Below, one piece after another: positions 48,911 to 63,083 of a stretch of 64,000 bases of DNA. The stretch covers positions 11,160,001 through 11,224,000 of the forward strand of contig NC_086376.1 in NCBI RefSeq assembly GCF_036588685.1, written 5' to 3'. The stretch's first letter is position 1; every line of letters begins with the position of its first letter. The translations under genes were made by a program, and so were the position numbers. The notes beneath the pieces were generated by a model. That model worked only from the letters and a program-made list of their open reading frames with translations, made no database searches and was not told the DNA's origin. The stretch is from Mytilus trossulus. Its lineage: Eukaryota.

Positions 48911-51900
48911 TATGTGCTATGTTCCTCTACTTCTAGTTCTATGTTACATATTGTGTATACATGTTAACCAGCACACGCATGAATGAGAATAATCAAAAAC
49001 TCGTTTATTTAAAGAACGAAAATTAATAAAAGTGTAATTACAGGGGTAAAAATTAAAAACAGATTTTTGCAGTTACGCCAGGAACTTAAACACACAAACT
49101 CGTAAGTCATCGGTTGTGTGGCTTGATTGGCACATTCAGTTAGTTGATTTCAGTTAACCATTGTTCTAGGAATGAAGTTGTATTTATAGGCATGCGTTGA
49201 TGTGCTGACCCCGAAAAACCTGTGTTACCTGGTTGTTATGGTTGGTCTTTAATTAAATCTGAAATGGTGACTGATGCTTCTTCATTCAATATCTTATGCA
49301 GAAATATAAGCCTGTCTTATTTTCTTTGTGTAACTAGGGTTGACCAAATAAGTGTCTGTGGTATGTAGGTTAAAGATCATCATTCCCGGAAATACAAGTG
49401 GACTTATCTTTGTTGCACCATTAGGATTTTGACAATGTGGCACTTTTTGTATTGATCCCATACTTCAGATTCATGTTCGATGTGTGGTTTAATATACTCT
49501 CTCTTTAGTAATAAACAGTGTTCATGTTATTCCCAATCATGACGTAATTGTAAACAACACGATTGGATTTTTTGGTCACTCTAAAGATGAAATATGTTCT
49601 GGTTGCTATGTTATCTGCAAGCGTCTAGTCCTTTCTACATGTTGCGCAAGATCTTTTTGCCGCGATGGGCATGTCTGTTGATTGTTGATGCTTCTTTACA
49701 GGAAGGAGTCGTCAGCAAACAGTTGTAGAAACGTCTTTAACGTTGATTTACTGCAGGAAACAATGGCGTTCAAGAACCGCTCACTTGGGATCACCAAAAC
49801 GTTCTGCTTTTAATTGACTCATTTTACCATCTACACACACTCAATGGGTTTTCCAAGTATTGATCCAGCTAAGTACATTCCCTCGGACATAATATTAGAC
49901 CCTCTTTTGTAAAAGTAACTGGTGTTGGACTGTGTCAGATACCTTAAATAAAACTGCCCCATTGATAACGATGGCTATGTTCTAATTGTAGAAACTACCA
50001 GCTGTTCTCTTTTTTCTCGAATGTGACATTTTGAACTTATCACAAGGGTTGTACTTAAAAAAGATGCACGACGGGTGCTATACGTTGGGCAGGATATGTC
50101 TATCCTTGCTGAGCACCTGAGTTCCCCCCTCCGGCGTTTTGATAGGGTTTGTGTTGCTCTATCTTTAGTTTTCTACGTTGTGTTTTTGTACTATTAATTT
50201 TGTCTTATAGTCGTTTTCCGTTTAAAACCGTTGCATCTTAAACAAAACCGAAAAAAAAGATATATGAAACAGAATCAGATATTGCAGACGCACAAGAATG
50301 GATATTTCAAAGATAATCTATTTATGAAATATTATAAATGATCGCACACGTTTAGCCTTGGCAATCATACACAAACAACATGTCCATTTACCTAGTATAG
50401 TTATATGATGCTTAATTTTCATAATGTTTATATAATTTTATTTCAACTTTTAGTTCAAGGTTTATTTGGTTCTAGTTCAAAAATTAAAGAGCTTTTTATT
50501 GAATAGGACACGAACCTGAAGAAATTGTGCAGATAGTTAGAGGTCAAACTCAGTCGAATTGAAACTGACAAAACTATCTTTACTATATTTGTTAAACATT
50601 TATTCCCCCTACAATAAGTTTGACTACGACTTTAAAAAACACACACACTTAAAGAATTAGTTTTAATAGTAATATTTTGATAACAACAAAATAAATGGAA
50701 ACTTACTTCTGCGTTTATTAATTCTTTTTGTCCTAACACCATTATGGAGTAAGGCATTAAAGAAGTGTTATATAAATGTACTGTCTAATCTTGCTTTTGA
50801 TAGTATCTTCATTATGTGCTGATCGGAGACTTCGCACAGCAACTACGCGCAAGGAGAGGTCATAAGTTTAGTAGAACCAGGGTTTTATATTAGCTTCTTA
50901 TCAATCTACTATCAGTGGCACTTTATATTCTATGTCCAGTCTATTTCCGAACAGACGAACTCATTCATTGTTTTACACTCTCATATGATGTCAGCTATCG
51001 CTGCATGGCTGCAACTGGGCAATTTTTTCCAATCACAATTTAGTCAATTAAGTTCAAGATAACTTAGACATATAGATGTGTCATTAAGAAAGTAAATATT
51101 ACGAATACAGTCATTTTCACAAGATACTTCAAATCACGGTGCACAATTAGTTCTGTATTTAGATGCAATTAAAAAGATAAATAAATCCTAAGTAGAAATT
51201 ATTGAAAAAATAGATATGTTGTAAAATTTTCAGAAAAAAGTGTAGTAATGCATTTAATTTTTAGCCCTTACAAAAATAAATTGAGAAGATTTTTCATCTT
51301 CTGTATAACAACTTTCAAAAAAAGGTTTTTGTTTTCAGCAATGTGCCTACATTTTTACATATAAAACAAGCAAGTAAGCTAGGGGAAAAATTATTTGAAA
51401 TATTTTTAACTTTTCTTGCCAATTATCATTTTGGCATGCTTTGATCACTGAAAGGTTAAATATCTTCAATAAAATAAAACAGTGACGAATCAGACAACAC
51501 AATACGTTATCAAGACTGTCCTGAAGTGTTAGTTTGTCCATCTTATCGTCAAGATAGGAATGACATTTGTGTCTGAAAAGTGGCCGTATTTCAATCACAA
51601 TCTGATGACACATGTATGAAATGTTTATAATTCATGATTTAATATTTTGAATAATTGTGCAAGGTTTACTCTATTCTGTGAAGTAATAATCAGTTGGATT
51701 ATTATCTCTTATCAAAAATATTTTATAAGCAAAAAGCAAAAGTCATCTGGTATAAATACCAACATTTGTGTACACCAGATTATTAAATATGAAGTTTTCT
51801 ATTTGAAATCAGTGAAGCACTGCATGTCCTAGTGTTTGTTCAACCGAGGGTCATAGGGTGAAGTGAGGTGGTCATTTGTGAGTGACCATGGACAATAAAG

Positions 51901-54900
51901 AATCATCAATTCGCAAATGATCGCACTACTTAGTTTTTAAGGTCTGTATATATTTTATTCCATAATATTGAATTTTTGTGTGGTAATGTTTATTCAAAAC
52001 AGTTATTTTCATATAAATAATGTAAATATAATAGCTAGGTTATTGGTTTTATATAACATCCTGTCTCAATGAAATGGATTACTGGCTTTATCAAACAAAG
52101 ATCGTCAAACAATTTTTATCAAATTTTTTTAATGGTTTCTATGAGTGAAAGGATTTACAGTATAGAAGTACGTTAAACTGGTAAAATTATGGCATGCTAT
52201 TTCTTGGTTACATTTTTAAATACAGTTGTTTTAGGATAAAACTTCGGTTATGCCAGGATTTGTTTAACTAATAATTTAGTTAAATTACTTTATTCGATTT
52301 ACGATTAAAACTATCAATTGTAGTATTATATTTCATGTCAGTAAAAAAAATGTGTATATCTTTTACCTTGTCGGATGTGCCATTTTAACACACCATCTAC
52401 GTTGCCTCATAGTACCTTGATATTTTCACAACTCTTCATAAGTCTCCTGGCTGATATTCTTCGTTATGTACATGAAGTCATAGTTTTATATTACTCTATT
52501 TTTTTAAGTACAAATTTAAAAGACTAGAATGACAGTATAGGCAGTCTCGTTTGACAATGATTCCTTGAGGTAACAATCTGCTCTATTACCCTCTCAGCTA
52601 TGAGTTATTTATACGATGTCCAGAGCATGTTTTGTTTTTATTTATAAAAAGCAAATTTATAAACCATAAAAGTACATGTAACCATATTGCCCTGTGTTGA
52701 TGACTTGTGAATGAAAGTGTCAAATGTTAGATAAGATAAACAATGAGCTAGTCTTGATATATATACCTGTCAAAGATAGTTAATCAGTTTATAAGCAAGG
52801 CCATCTCATGAATTTCTAATACACGTTCATTTTAAAATTATTAAAACAAAGTCAATCAGAAACATGAAAACCAAAGAAAAAATAAGAGCAGATATCTTGA
52901 TTTCTTAAACATTCATTGACAGTATAAAACTACCAACACTGAGGCATATTAGGTTTTGAAAAGTATATTAATTTTCAAAGCTGTTGTGTGTTTATGAGAA
53001 AGCCTTTTGTTCCTTTGAAATTACAAATTTGTTATTTCATAATGCCACCTTATCAGTACTAAGAAAACATGTGATTAATATGGTTAAAATGTACGTGCTT
53101 AAAATATGCGTTTTATATTTAGGACATTCGGACTTATTTCTAACATATCCTACTGTGTACGTGTAATCTTTTTCAAACAAATACATTCTAAATTTAACAG
53201 ACAATGTGATTTAATTTGCATTCTTAAACAGTGTTAAATAACATTCCTATATGTGTCTACAAGGGGTTATGTTTAGTTATTCTACTACATGTATGTCTAT
53301 TCTTTTTTTTAAATCCTTTTATGTTTATATAATAGCGTAAATAGATAATGCTTTCAATCTAAGTTTATCAATTCTTGTTAAGAACATGTTTGATTAAAAT
53401 GCCATTAATCCGTTTTTCTATCATCGTCTATTGTTACTATTAAAGCTCTTTTTGTATGTTGGTAAAACTTGTCAATCTTAATATTATTATGTAATCCTAA
53501 TTCTTTGGCAACCTCTAAACATTGTTTTTCTAAAATAATTTGTCGACTAAATTTAAGTCTTCAGTCGGAGTCAGTCTTTTGAAATGACACCATCAGTCCG
53601 TTTAAGATAAAAATGAAAATCAGTACTGAATGTCATCGTTTGTATTTGCGCTACTAGTTTGTGAGTTAGTACGTGAAAAAAAACTGTCAAAATAGGTGGT
53701 ATTTAAGTATCGTCACATTAGTCACATTAACTGGATTAATTTTATTTATAATAAATTCTTGATTTCAAATCTATAACGCTCTATAAAATCCAACATATGC
53801 GTCCTGAAGCAATGAGCTTAGCGTATTTAGTGTTCAGAAAATATATGTTATAACATGAAAAATATTTTCTATATAATCGTATGAAAATTTTGAAAAATAA
53901 CTTTGATTTATCAAATAAACAATTTTCGAATTGTTATTATTGTGACTTTAATCGTTGTAAACTTTCCCCCATTTGCCTCAAAAAGAGGTTCGGAATTGAC
54001 AGTACTTATCATATTCTGGAGGGAGGGACAAGATAAAAAGTAAAAACACAAAAATACTGAACTCCGAGGAAAATTCAAAAAGGAAAATCAAAAATCAAAA
54101 AAACAAAATCAAAAGTCCAAACACATCAAACGAATGAATAACAACTGTCATATTCCTGACTTGGTACATGCATTTTCTAATGTAGAAAATGGTGGATTGA
54201 ACCTGGTTTTATAGCTAGCTAAACCTCTCACTTGTAAATATTCCTACGGAATATTGATTTTACACGTCATGATATTTACTAGTCTCTTGTATTTTTGCCG
54301 CGCCAATAATACTTTCACTCACCACCTTGGCGAGCACGTGTGTTCCTTATTTTTCTTTGTAGTATTTTTGAACTGTTGTAGGTATTTTCTATATTTTTAT
54401 TTTGGCCATATATGCTGTCTGTTCCTTCAACTTACTTTTTTTTACCCTCTTTGTATATTTTGGTGTTTTTTTCAACACTACTACCCAAGATCTGTAATAC
54501 ATACAAAATTCGAATATGACAAATTCATTTAAACATATTAAAGACCAAGTAAAAACTGAAAAGGGAACATTTCAGAAAAAATCAAATACGTGACAGCACT
54601 AAACGACGTAGCTGCTTAAAGGCGAACACAATTATTGAATTGATACAATGGTGATTTATTGTAAATGATAAACATTCGACAAAATATAACATAAATTGTC
54701 GGACATATTACAATATCATGAACATGAATGACCAGTACTAACTTATTCCGTTTAGTAACCTATAGTCTTTTTCGTACCATCGCATACGTATCAATACGGC
54801 TGCCAATATATTTAAAAAAAGATATCAGTTTACCATTTAAACAAAAAATTCAAGATCACAAAGCATGACAATTCATTAAAAATAAACCGAAAGACTTAAG

Positions 54901-56438
54901 TAAAACTGAAAATATATTAATTTTCTTATATTAAAGATTATATAAAAGATACAAAAATCCTTCGCATTCTATAATTTTTACCATTTTTTGCAAAATTGAT
55001 ATTTTCGAACTGATTCGCTTCAAGTAGTTTATTAGGCTTTTATGATCTTGAAATTTTAAAGTTGTAACACAGGTAAAGTATCCCTGGCCATTTCTCCGTG
55101 ACTTGCTTCGTCATCCGTTAATATGCATTATTTGATACCATTTTAGTGGAATGCAGTATTGTAAATTTGGAACAGTTACAAGAAAACCTACACATTAAGA
55201 AAATAAAACACCTCGGTAAGTTTGTTTTCACATATATAATTAATACTCTTATAAAAGATTCTGCTTCTGTGTCATTGTTCATAATTCCGGTATTAAAACG
55301 AAAAACTTTTAAAACAAAAGTTGCATTATTACGTCTATGTTATTTTGTCATGTGTGGATAGTTGTCTCATTGGCGATCATACCACATCTTCTTATAGTTA
55401 TACGGATTTTCAATCAAATTGACTGATTTCTTGGTGATTACATGTAACAGGACACACTCTGCATCCGATAGAAAGTCGTCAACTTTTGAAAATCATTTTG
55501 AAATATATGCTTCTGAATTAGAATAATATTCAACAACGTAGATTCCAAGAATCTTCAATTTTGCATCAAGCTACTGCGTATATAAGAGTTGAAGCAATGT
55601 TCCGTGAACATCTGCAGGGCTTGTACTTTTTTAAGAGGGGCATTGAAGCATCACGCCGTTTACTATTATTGTCTATGTTTGGATAAAAAAAATTATTAGA
55701 AATTCACTTACGAAGTGTAGATTTAAATCATTTTGCTTTAGAAAAGTTGTAATTTATAGTTTAGAAATGTACATGTTTAAAAACATGTCATATTAGACAC
55801 TTAACTCGTAGAACAATAACAGTTACTATAAATCAAGGCGGTTCAATCAGGAAGTTAAAATGCTGTATCATAAGGTCAGGTGGAAATAGATAAACTATAG
55901 TGCTATTATATTTGGGTTAAAAAGTATAACGTAAACATTTCTGTAAATTTTAACAGTAATTAAAGTTATGTAACTGACTCATTTATATAAGTATACTGAC
56001 TACAGACACAATATTTCATTTGCATATATTTATATAAATTTATTGTAAATCCAGTCGTGCTAAAGACTTTACAACATATCTTATATGTATATTTATATAA
56101 ATAACATACAAGTGTGTCTGGTGCGTGTCAACTATAATATATATATTATTCAAGGTCAATGCAAAACGATTTGTGTCTTAAAATGTTTGACTCGGTTCAT
56201 TTTTAGTTTTGATAACGTTTTTATGTATTTTATTTTCAGTTCAGTCACACGGAGAGATTCAGTTAGCATATTTAGATGTGCATATAAAGTAATCTGTGTG
56301 CATATATAAAATACGAATGTCCATATATTGAAAATTAAGTGCATGCATAAACATATGTTTGCATGAGGCAACTACGGCGTGCCATATATTAGTCTGCTAA
56401 CCCAAATGAGCGCATGTCAATTAAAACACGTGTTACTT

Positions 56439-56585
56439 GTGCGTACAAGTTGTATAACTCGTGAGCACAAGTTTTATAACTCGTGAGCACAAGTTGTATA
56501 ACTCGTGAGCACAAGTTGTATAACTCGTGCGCACAAGTTTTGTAACCTTCGCGCCCAAGAGAGTAACTGATGCGCCTAAGTTATA
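56439..56585. repeat. 22-bp minisatellite, about 5 good and 1-2 decayed units
   Basis: Unit GTG(A/C)GCACAAGTT(G/T)TATAACTC at 56439, 56461, 56483, 56505, 56527. Confidence 0.9.
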
Positions 56586-57294
56586 ATTTTATTTTTGCAT
56601 GGAACTCAAGGGCTTCCGTAATACGTAATTCCTTTGTTCACTATAGGTAAACATTACATTATAGGATAAAACTATTCAGAGAAAGATATCAATCCAGATG
56701 TCAAAACTGAATATTTAAAAACTCAGATTTGCAAAGATAATTGTATTTATCTTTATTTTAATGGACAGGAATATTTTACTGACAATGTAAGTTTCAAATT
56801 CTTCATTATTAACATATAGAAACGGAATTAATAGACTCTAGTTTGTTTAACTTTTCTATTTTCGAGTAAATATTCATCAGATTGCATGTTTATAACACCG
56901 AAATAAAAGATTTGAATGAGCGTATTTTTGTAAAGAAGCTAGCTCATATTCTTGTAGAGGAATGTAACATTTGCCACTGTACATAAAGTAATGATGTTAT
57001 GTTTAAAATCATTGAAATACTAGTACTTTACGAATAGTTCACATAGAAAAATAAATATATATATATATATCTATCAGTACATATCTAATACATAACAGTG
57101 AGAGGAGAACATGACCTTGTGAAATGCCAAGATATACGTATCGACAGATTGTAGGATCGGGACTCGACATAGATTGATAACAATAATATTTATTTATACC
57201 GATAAAACAATATTTAGATTTGAGGTGTCATTCGAATGTTTGTCAATGAGACAAATATACACCAGAGACCAAATACCGTGGATATTAGAAACGT

Positions 57295-57354
57295 CCAAAG
57301 GTCACTCACTATACCCTTCAACTACCAAAGGTCACTTACTATACCCTTCAACTA
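57295..57354. repeat. 30-bp tandem duplication
   Basis: CCAAAGGTCACT(C/T)ACTATACCCTTCAACTA x2. Confidence 0.9.
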
Positions 57355-59994
57355 TAGGAAGTAAAGTCATACCGTATATACAGCGATTTGGCTAGACATT
57401 ACACTATGTATAATAATTCAAACAAGAACAACAAACCAGATTCATGAGAAAAAATGTATGACAGACATCAAACCTATGATAACCGCTGAATTACAGGTTT
57501 TAGTTTGGGACAGGCACATTAAGAAAGTGGGTGGGGTTAAATATGTTTGTAAGTGCTCAATACTTCCCTAACCTGTAATAGTAACACAACAAACACACTT
57601 ATAATACAATTACATTTGTAGTTGTGATGAATTCAGATTAGCAAAAAGCACAAGAAAAAAATAAATAGAACAAACGACAAAAGATAAAAGACAAAAGACA
57701 AATAAGTAGTATCAATATACGAGTACTACTGTCTTGTAGTTACTGAAAGCTATTGCAAAGCCAGTTAATATGATAAATGAATCATGCTGTCCCCCAATTA
57801 AAATATCCGTTAGTACACAATCAACAGATGTAGTCGTCTGAGATCAACACAACACGTGGTGTGGTATGCTAAACTACAAGTATCGACAGGATGTAGGACA
57901 GTCATTGGCCATAACTGTATAGCAATCCATTATAACAAAATCAATGTTAGTACCGATAAAGACACTATTCAAGGAGCTTGCTAAACGTCTTGATGAATAT
58001 GTTAATTAAAAGAATCACATGTGTTGTCCAGTTGTTGTCTAAAAATAAAATACATAAACGAAGATAACAGAATAAATACAATGTTCAAAAGTAAATCTAT
58101 AATTTCAGATAAGCTTTTCTCGAAGAAAGAACTTTTTTTTTTTAAGAACAAATGAAGGTAAGAAGATTTCATTACATGTAACTGTTAATTATCACATTGC
58201 ATTATTATTATTATCTTTTATTATTATTTATATTTTGGAAGGCAGTTTTCCTAGTATGGAACTTGCGCTAACTAATCATGTATTGTAAAATAAAAATCTC
58301 TTCGTGCTCGTGTTGTTTCACGTCAGTTTTGTGAATATAAAAAAGAAGATGATTGCCGATAAGACAACTACAAATGTATCCACAAAAGACCAAAATGACA
58401 CAGACATTAACAACTATAGGTCACCGTACGGTCTTCAACAATGAGCAAAACCCATACCGCATAGTCAGCTATAAAAGGCCCAATAAGTTGTTCTTGTGTA
58501 AAATTCTACATATTTTTGAAGCATACATGTGTGATATAAGCTTATTATATAGATGATTGTTTTGATTTGTGTTGCAATAGTAGACAGTAAAATTTGTTAA
58601 TGTCATCTGTTTGTAAAAAGTATAACATTAATACAGCATTTTTTTTTATACTCTCACGATATATGGTGATCAACACATATTTTCATGAATATAGATTTAC
58701 ATGTAGTAAAAAATGCGTTGTTGATTTTTTTGATATATATCAGTTAAATGATAACTATTAAATATACCTCGTTAGCATTGATGTGTCATGTGTTTGATTA
58801 GGACTCGAAACCAATTGATATCCGTGTTCATACAAGAAAGAGCTCTGGGGTTAGATAAAAATATGTTCGGTTTTTTTTATCACATTTTACTTAATGTCTT
58901 GACTACTTTATTTTTATAGAAAAGTGAAAACAGTCGTTGTGTGAAAAAAAAAATGTTTTGATTTGCATTATTAAAATCTAAAATTGGTTTCAAACACATC
59001 CGTGTACGTTAAAAAAATTTCAACGAATTTTAATGAATATATGTATGCATATGTATAAAATGACTACTGTCCACACAAAACAAACCAATCATATTTAATG
59101 TAAAAGGGACTGGTTTGCAAAGTGTTTCAAACGGGTCCGAATTGTTTTTGTCCTTTTTTTTTTGTCCTAGTTGTCTTTGAAAGGGTCCGTGTTATCTGTT
59201 ATCTCCAAGACTGGTCTGAGTGGTTATAAGATTTGGTCCGATTCGTCATGTTTTCATAATAAAAAAGAGTACATTCCGTTAAAAAAATAAAAACAGAGGT
59301 CAAAAACGAAAACAGATATACAGTTAAAAACAAAGACGACAAAGATTTGGTACGAGAACATACACATAAAAACAAAAACAATAGATGTTATAAAAAAATT
59401 AATACAGATATCATATGATATGGCAAATAAATATTTTAAACATTTGTTCAGAAAAAAAGCAAAAATAGTAAAGAGCAAAAAGTAAAATCACAAAAATACT
59501 GAACTTAGAGGAAAATCAATTCGGAAAGTCCATCATCACATGGAAAATTCATTTAACAATACGCATCAAAAACGAAGATCAGGAAATTTATGCTATATAG
59601 AGATAGAGGAATTCGTTCTATCCTTAAAATGTAATTGTTTTAAACTTTTTACACATTGTGATGATACTATGAAGGCAGTTCTTTGACCTAGAAATTATAA
59701 TTGGAAACTTTTATGCATTGTGACTTAGATGGGGAGATGTCTGATTGACACTCATACCACATCGTCTTATTTGTGTATATGTATCAATCAGCTTTTAAAG
59801 AAGAAATATGCAATTAAATAGACGGGGGAAAATCCGGTTTTTATTCATATTATAACAGAAGACAAGTTAAAAGAATATTTGCCATTGAGATAAATAATTG
59901 CTTATTTTTGTCTAAATCTAAATTTAAAAAGCACGGCTCAACTGTATTTAATTTACATTTACCACTTTCTTTTTCAGACGGAAAGTGTGATATC

Positions 59995-62900
59995 ATGGCG
60001 TGCATGTTTTTCTCTCGTTGCTATACTGCGCATGATCGGAGGTTAGCTAGCTTTTTTGGACGTTATGGACGATTGATAGCAAAGTATCCATGGCACATCG
60101 TCATCTTATCAATCCTAATAAACTTTCTTTTTGGTGTAGGCATAATAAACTTCGAACTAGAAACAAATATAGAAAAACAGTACTTTCTGGAAAATAGCCA
60201 AGCCTTCAAAGACAGAGCGTTTTTAAGAACACACTTTCCTTCTTCAGAAAACGATTTTCACGCATATTCACTGCCAGACTATGGATGTTTTGTTGAAGTC
60301 ATCATTAAATCAAAAAACGGAAGAAACATTTTCGAGAATCCGGTACTAGCTGAATTTTTTAACATTGACAACCTTATCAAAAATGATATTGTACTGAAAG
60401 ATGGCAACATTTCCACCTATACATTTGAAGATCTGTGCGCCAAGAATAACAAACGCTGTGTTGTATTCGGGGAGGAAGTTCTACATCCTAGTTTTATCTC
60501 AAACATGGCATCAAAAACTGTCACGTTTCCGCTTTATAAAGATATCTTACTTTCATCTATACTTGCACAGACAACGCTGAAAAATGGCCACGTGATTTCA
60601 GCAAATATGGTGAGATTACGGTATTTTTTGTCGCAGAATCCAAATAGCACTGACAGGTTATCGAAATTGTGGGTGAAAGAATTTATCAATTATATGGAAA
60701 ATTTCAAAACGAACGAGACATCTGTTGTATTTATGTATTATAATGCTATGGAGGACGAGATACAAAAGAGTGCGATGGCGGAAGCACATTTATTTCCTTT
60801 AACTTTGCTACTAATGATTGTCTACGCCTCTATAGCTACTGCTGGGAAAAGAATTGACTGCATTCATGACTTACAGAATTTAGGACGAATTGGTGTATTT
60901 TGTGCTTTATTATCGTTGATACCAGCAGTCGGAATCGCCAGTGCTTTTGGTGTTAGATTTATGAATTCTGCTGCAACTATGCCGTTTCTTATCATTGGTA
61001 AATATGAATGTAAATGTAAAAGTAATACGCCTGATCATTCATTATATTATAAAAAAAAATATATAACAGAAGGTATTGTGTAAACTTCGATGAAACTGTA
61101 ACTTAAAGACAAAAAAATACACCCAGAGATCAACAAAAAATCTTCAACAATGAAAAAGTTAAATATTGTTTTATAAATATGACAAGCTTGAAATCGCCAT
61201 TAGTCTATACAAAAGAAAAACAATTTAACATGGGTCTATAACATTCATCCTATACTCTAATTTCCAAAATAGAAAAAAGAAAAACGGCATTTATATATCG
61301 CCGTTACATCTGAGAACGAAGTAAATTAAATATATATGTATATGTTTAAACAATTAGATGTTAATAATACAAAATAAAGAAAGAGTACCACATGCTTGTA
61401 TCAAGTCGAGTGTTTCAGTAGTAGATATAATTCTTTTAAAAAAAGGCAGAGTTCTGCTATACCTTGTATTGAAGTGCATTACTAATAATTTACAGTAAAC
61501 ATAGTGTTAAATTGTTTAACTCGTATATATCTATGTAGTTTGGTATTATTCTTTTTAATCTTCAGGAATTGGTATAAATGATATGTTTATCATTATGTCT
61601 GGGTATGCCGATACAATGGATAAAGAGAAAATGAGCATAGACGAAAGAATGAAGCGAACATTGATGACAAGCGGACTTGCCATTACAGTTACCTCCCTTA
61701 CTGATGTCCTAACGTTTTTCATTGGTTACACATCTGAATTTAACACAATAAAGAACTTCTGTTTATATGCAGGTAACGAAATATCTCCTACGTTTGATAA
61801 ACTATATGCCTCCATCTTAGACAATGGTGGAATTAAGTATTACCCTTGACTTCTTATTTCTGTATTTCCACCCGTTCCATTTTCGTTTCTGCACTCTTAC
61901 TTAAGTTTTCCTCATTCAAATTTTATAAAACTCATCTACAATGCTCACTGACCGTTCTAGAGTTATATTCCGCTTTACAACTTGGATAAATACTTTTAAA
62001 AAAAATTCCGGACTTTAACTTTAGTTTTACTCATTTAAATTGTATGAAACCCTTACACAATGCTATTAACCAAAACTTGCATCAAATTTTAGCAGCTAGT
62101 CACTTGCCGTTCTCCAGACATGCCCCCTAACATCATGGAAATTTGCACTTTTTATTTTGGTTTCAACACTCTAACTTCAGTTTGTCTGATCCAGATTATT
62201 TGAAGCTCTTACACATTACTAATTACCGAAACACGCATACATAATTTGAAATTTTGCAGAATGTCATTAATAGCTCAGGAGGTGCTAGCCTCTAGTGATG
62301 TTCCTTTATAACTTGGAAAATAGAAAATCATTCATTTTCATCACTCTTACTTCAGTATCATCCAAATTTGTGAAACTCATACATAGTGTGTAAAATTTAA
62401 ACACAGGCAGCGTTCGATATTTTCGCAATGAGTCACTTACCGCTCTAGAATTATGGTCCTTTTAAGCTTGGACATTTTCAAAGCTTAAGCGGGGCACTCT
62501 CATCACCAGGTGTTACTTCAATCTGGACAAAGAACAATACCGTAAAACTTTCTTTCTGACCTAGTTGAATTTATATTAAAAAAACACCAGTGATTTTTTG
62601 TGTACTTCCATCTTAAAATGTAACAATTGTTTCTTTTTATCTTACATGTTATGGTTGGTTAATAGTAAATATAGATAAGAAACCGGCTGAACATATTTCT
62701 TTACTCAAGATTTACATTTGAAAAAAAATCCTTTGTTCGCCTGGAAAAGAGTAAACCTAAAAATAATTAATTTGTGGTTAATAAAACATATCATAATTTG
62801 TATTGTTAAAGAAAAAATATACAGCTTATATTGAAATAAAAAGATGAGATATGATTGTCAATGAGACAACTATCTACGAAAAGATGCTGACTAGACAAAT

Positions 62901-63051
62901 ATAAAATTATGGCCTCTTTATGGCTATGCTTCAACAAGGAAAAAACCTGATACTGTATATATAGTAAAAGAATTTGCAAAAGAAAATTAATTTGAATAAT
63001 CGGTTATTTGAATAAAACTGATGTCATTTCAAACTAACTGTAATATGTGTC

Positions 63052-63083
<32 letters not shown>

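Noticed and set aside
49050-49960. Less AT-rich stretch suggestive of a decayed retroelement ORF on the - strand
   Set aside because: I could not recover a convincing motif by eye.
47530-59900. A fifth cvSI-like gene or other exons in the long spacer
   Set aside because: No signal-exon or Cys-module exon pattern found by eye. Possible PTCHD 5' UTR donors (about 55216, 58158) cannot be supported from sequence alone.
59908-59994. N-terminal extension of the 391-aa PTCHD ORF (and its tail at 60998-61083)
   Set aside because: The TTG start lies upstream of a strong polypyrimidine/AG acceptor at 59977, and the tail is intron read-through after the donor at 60998.
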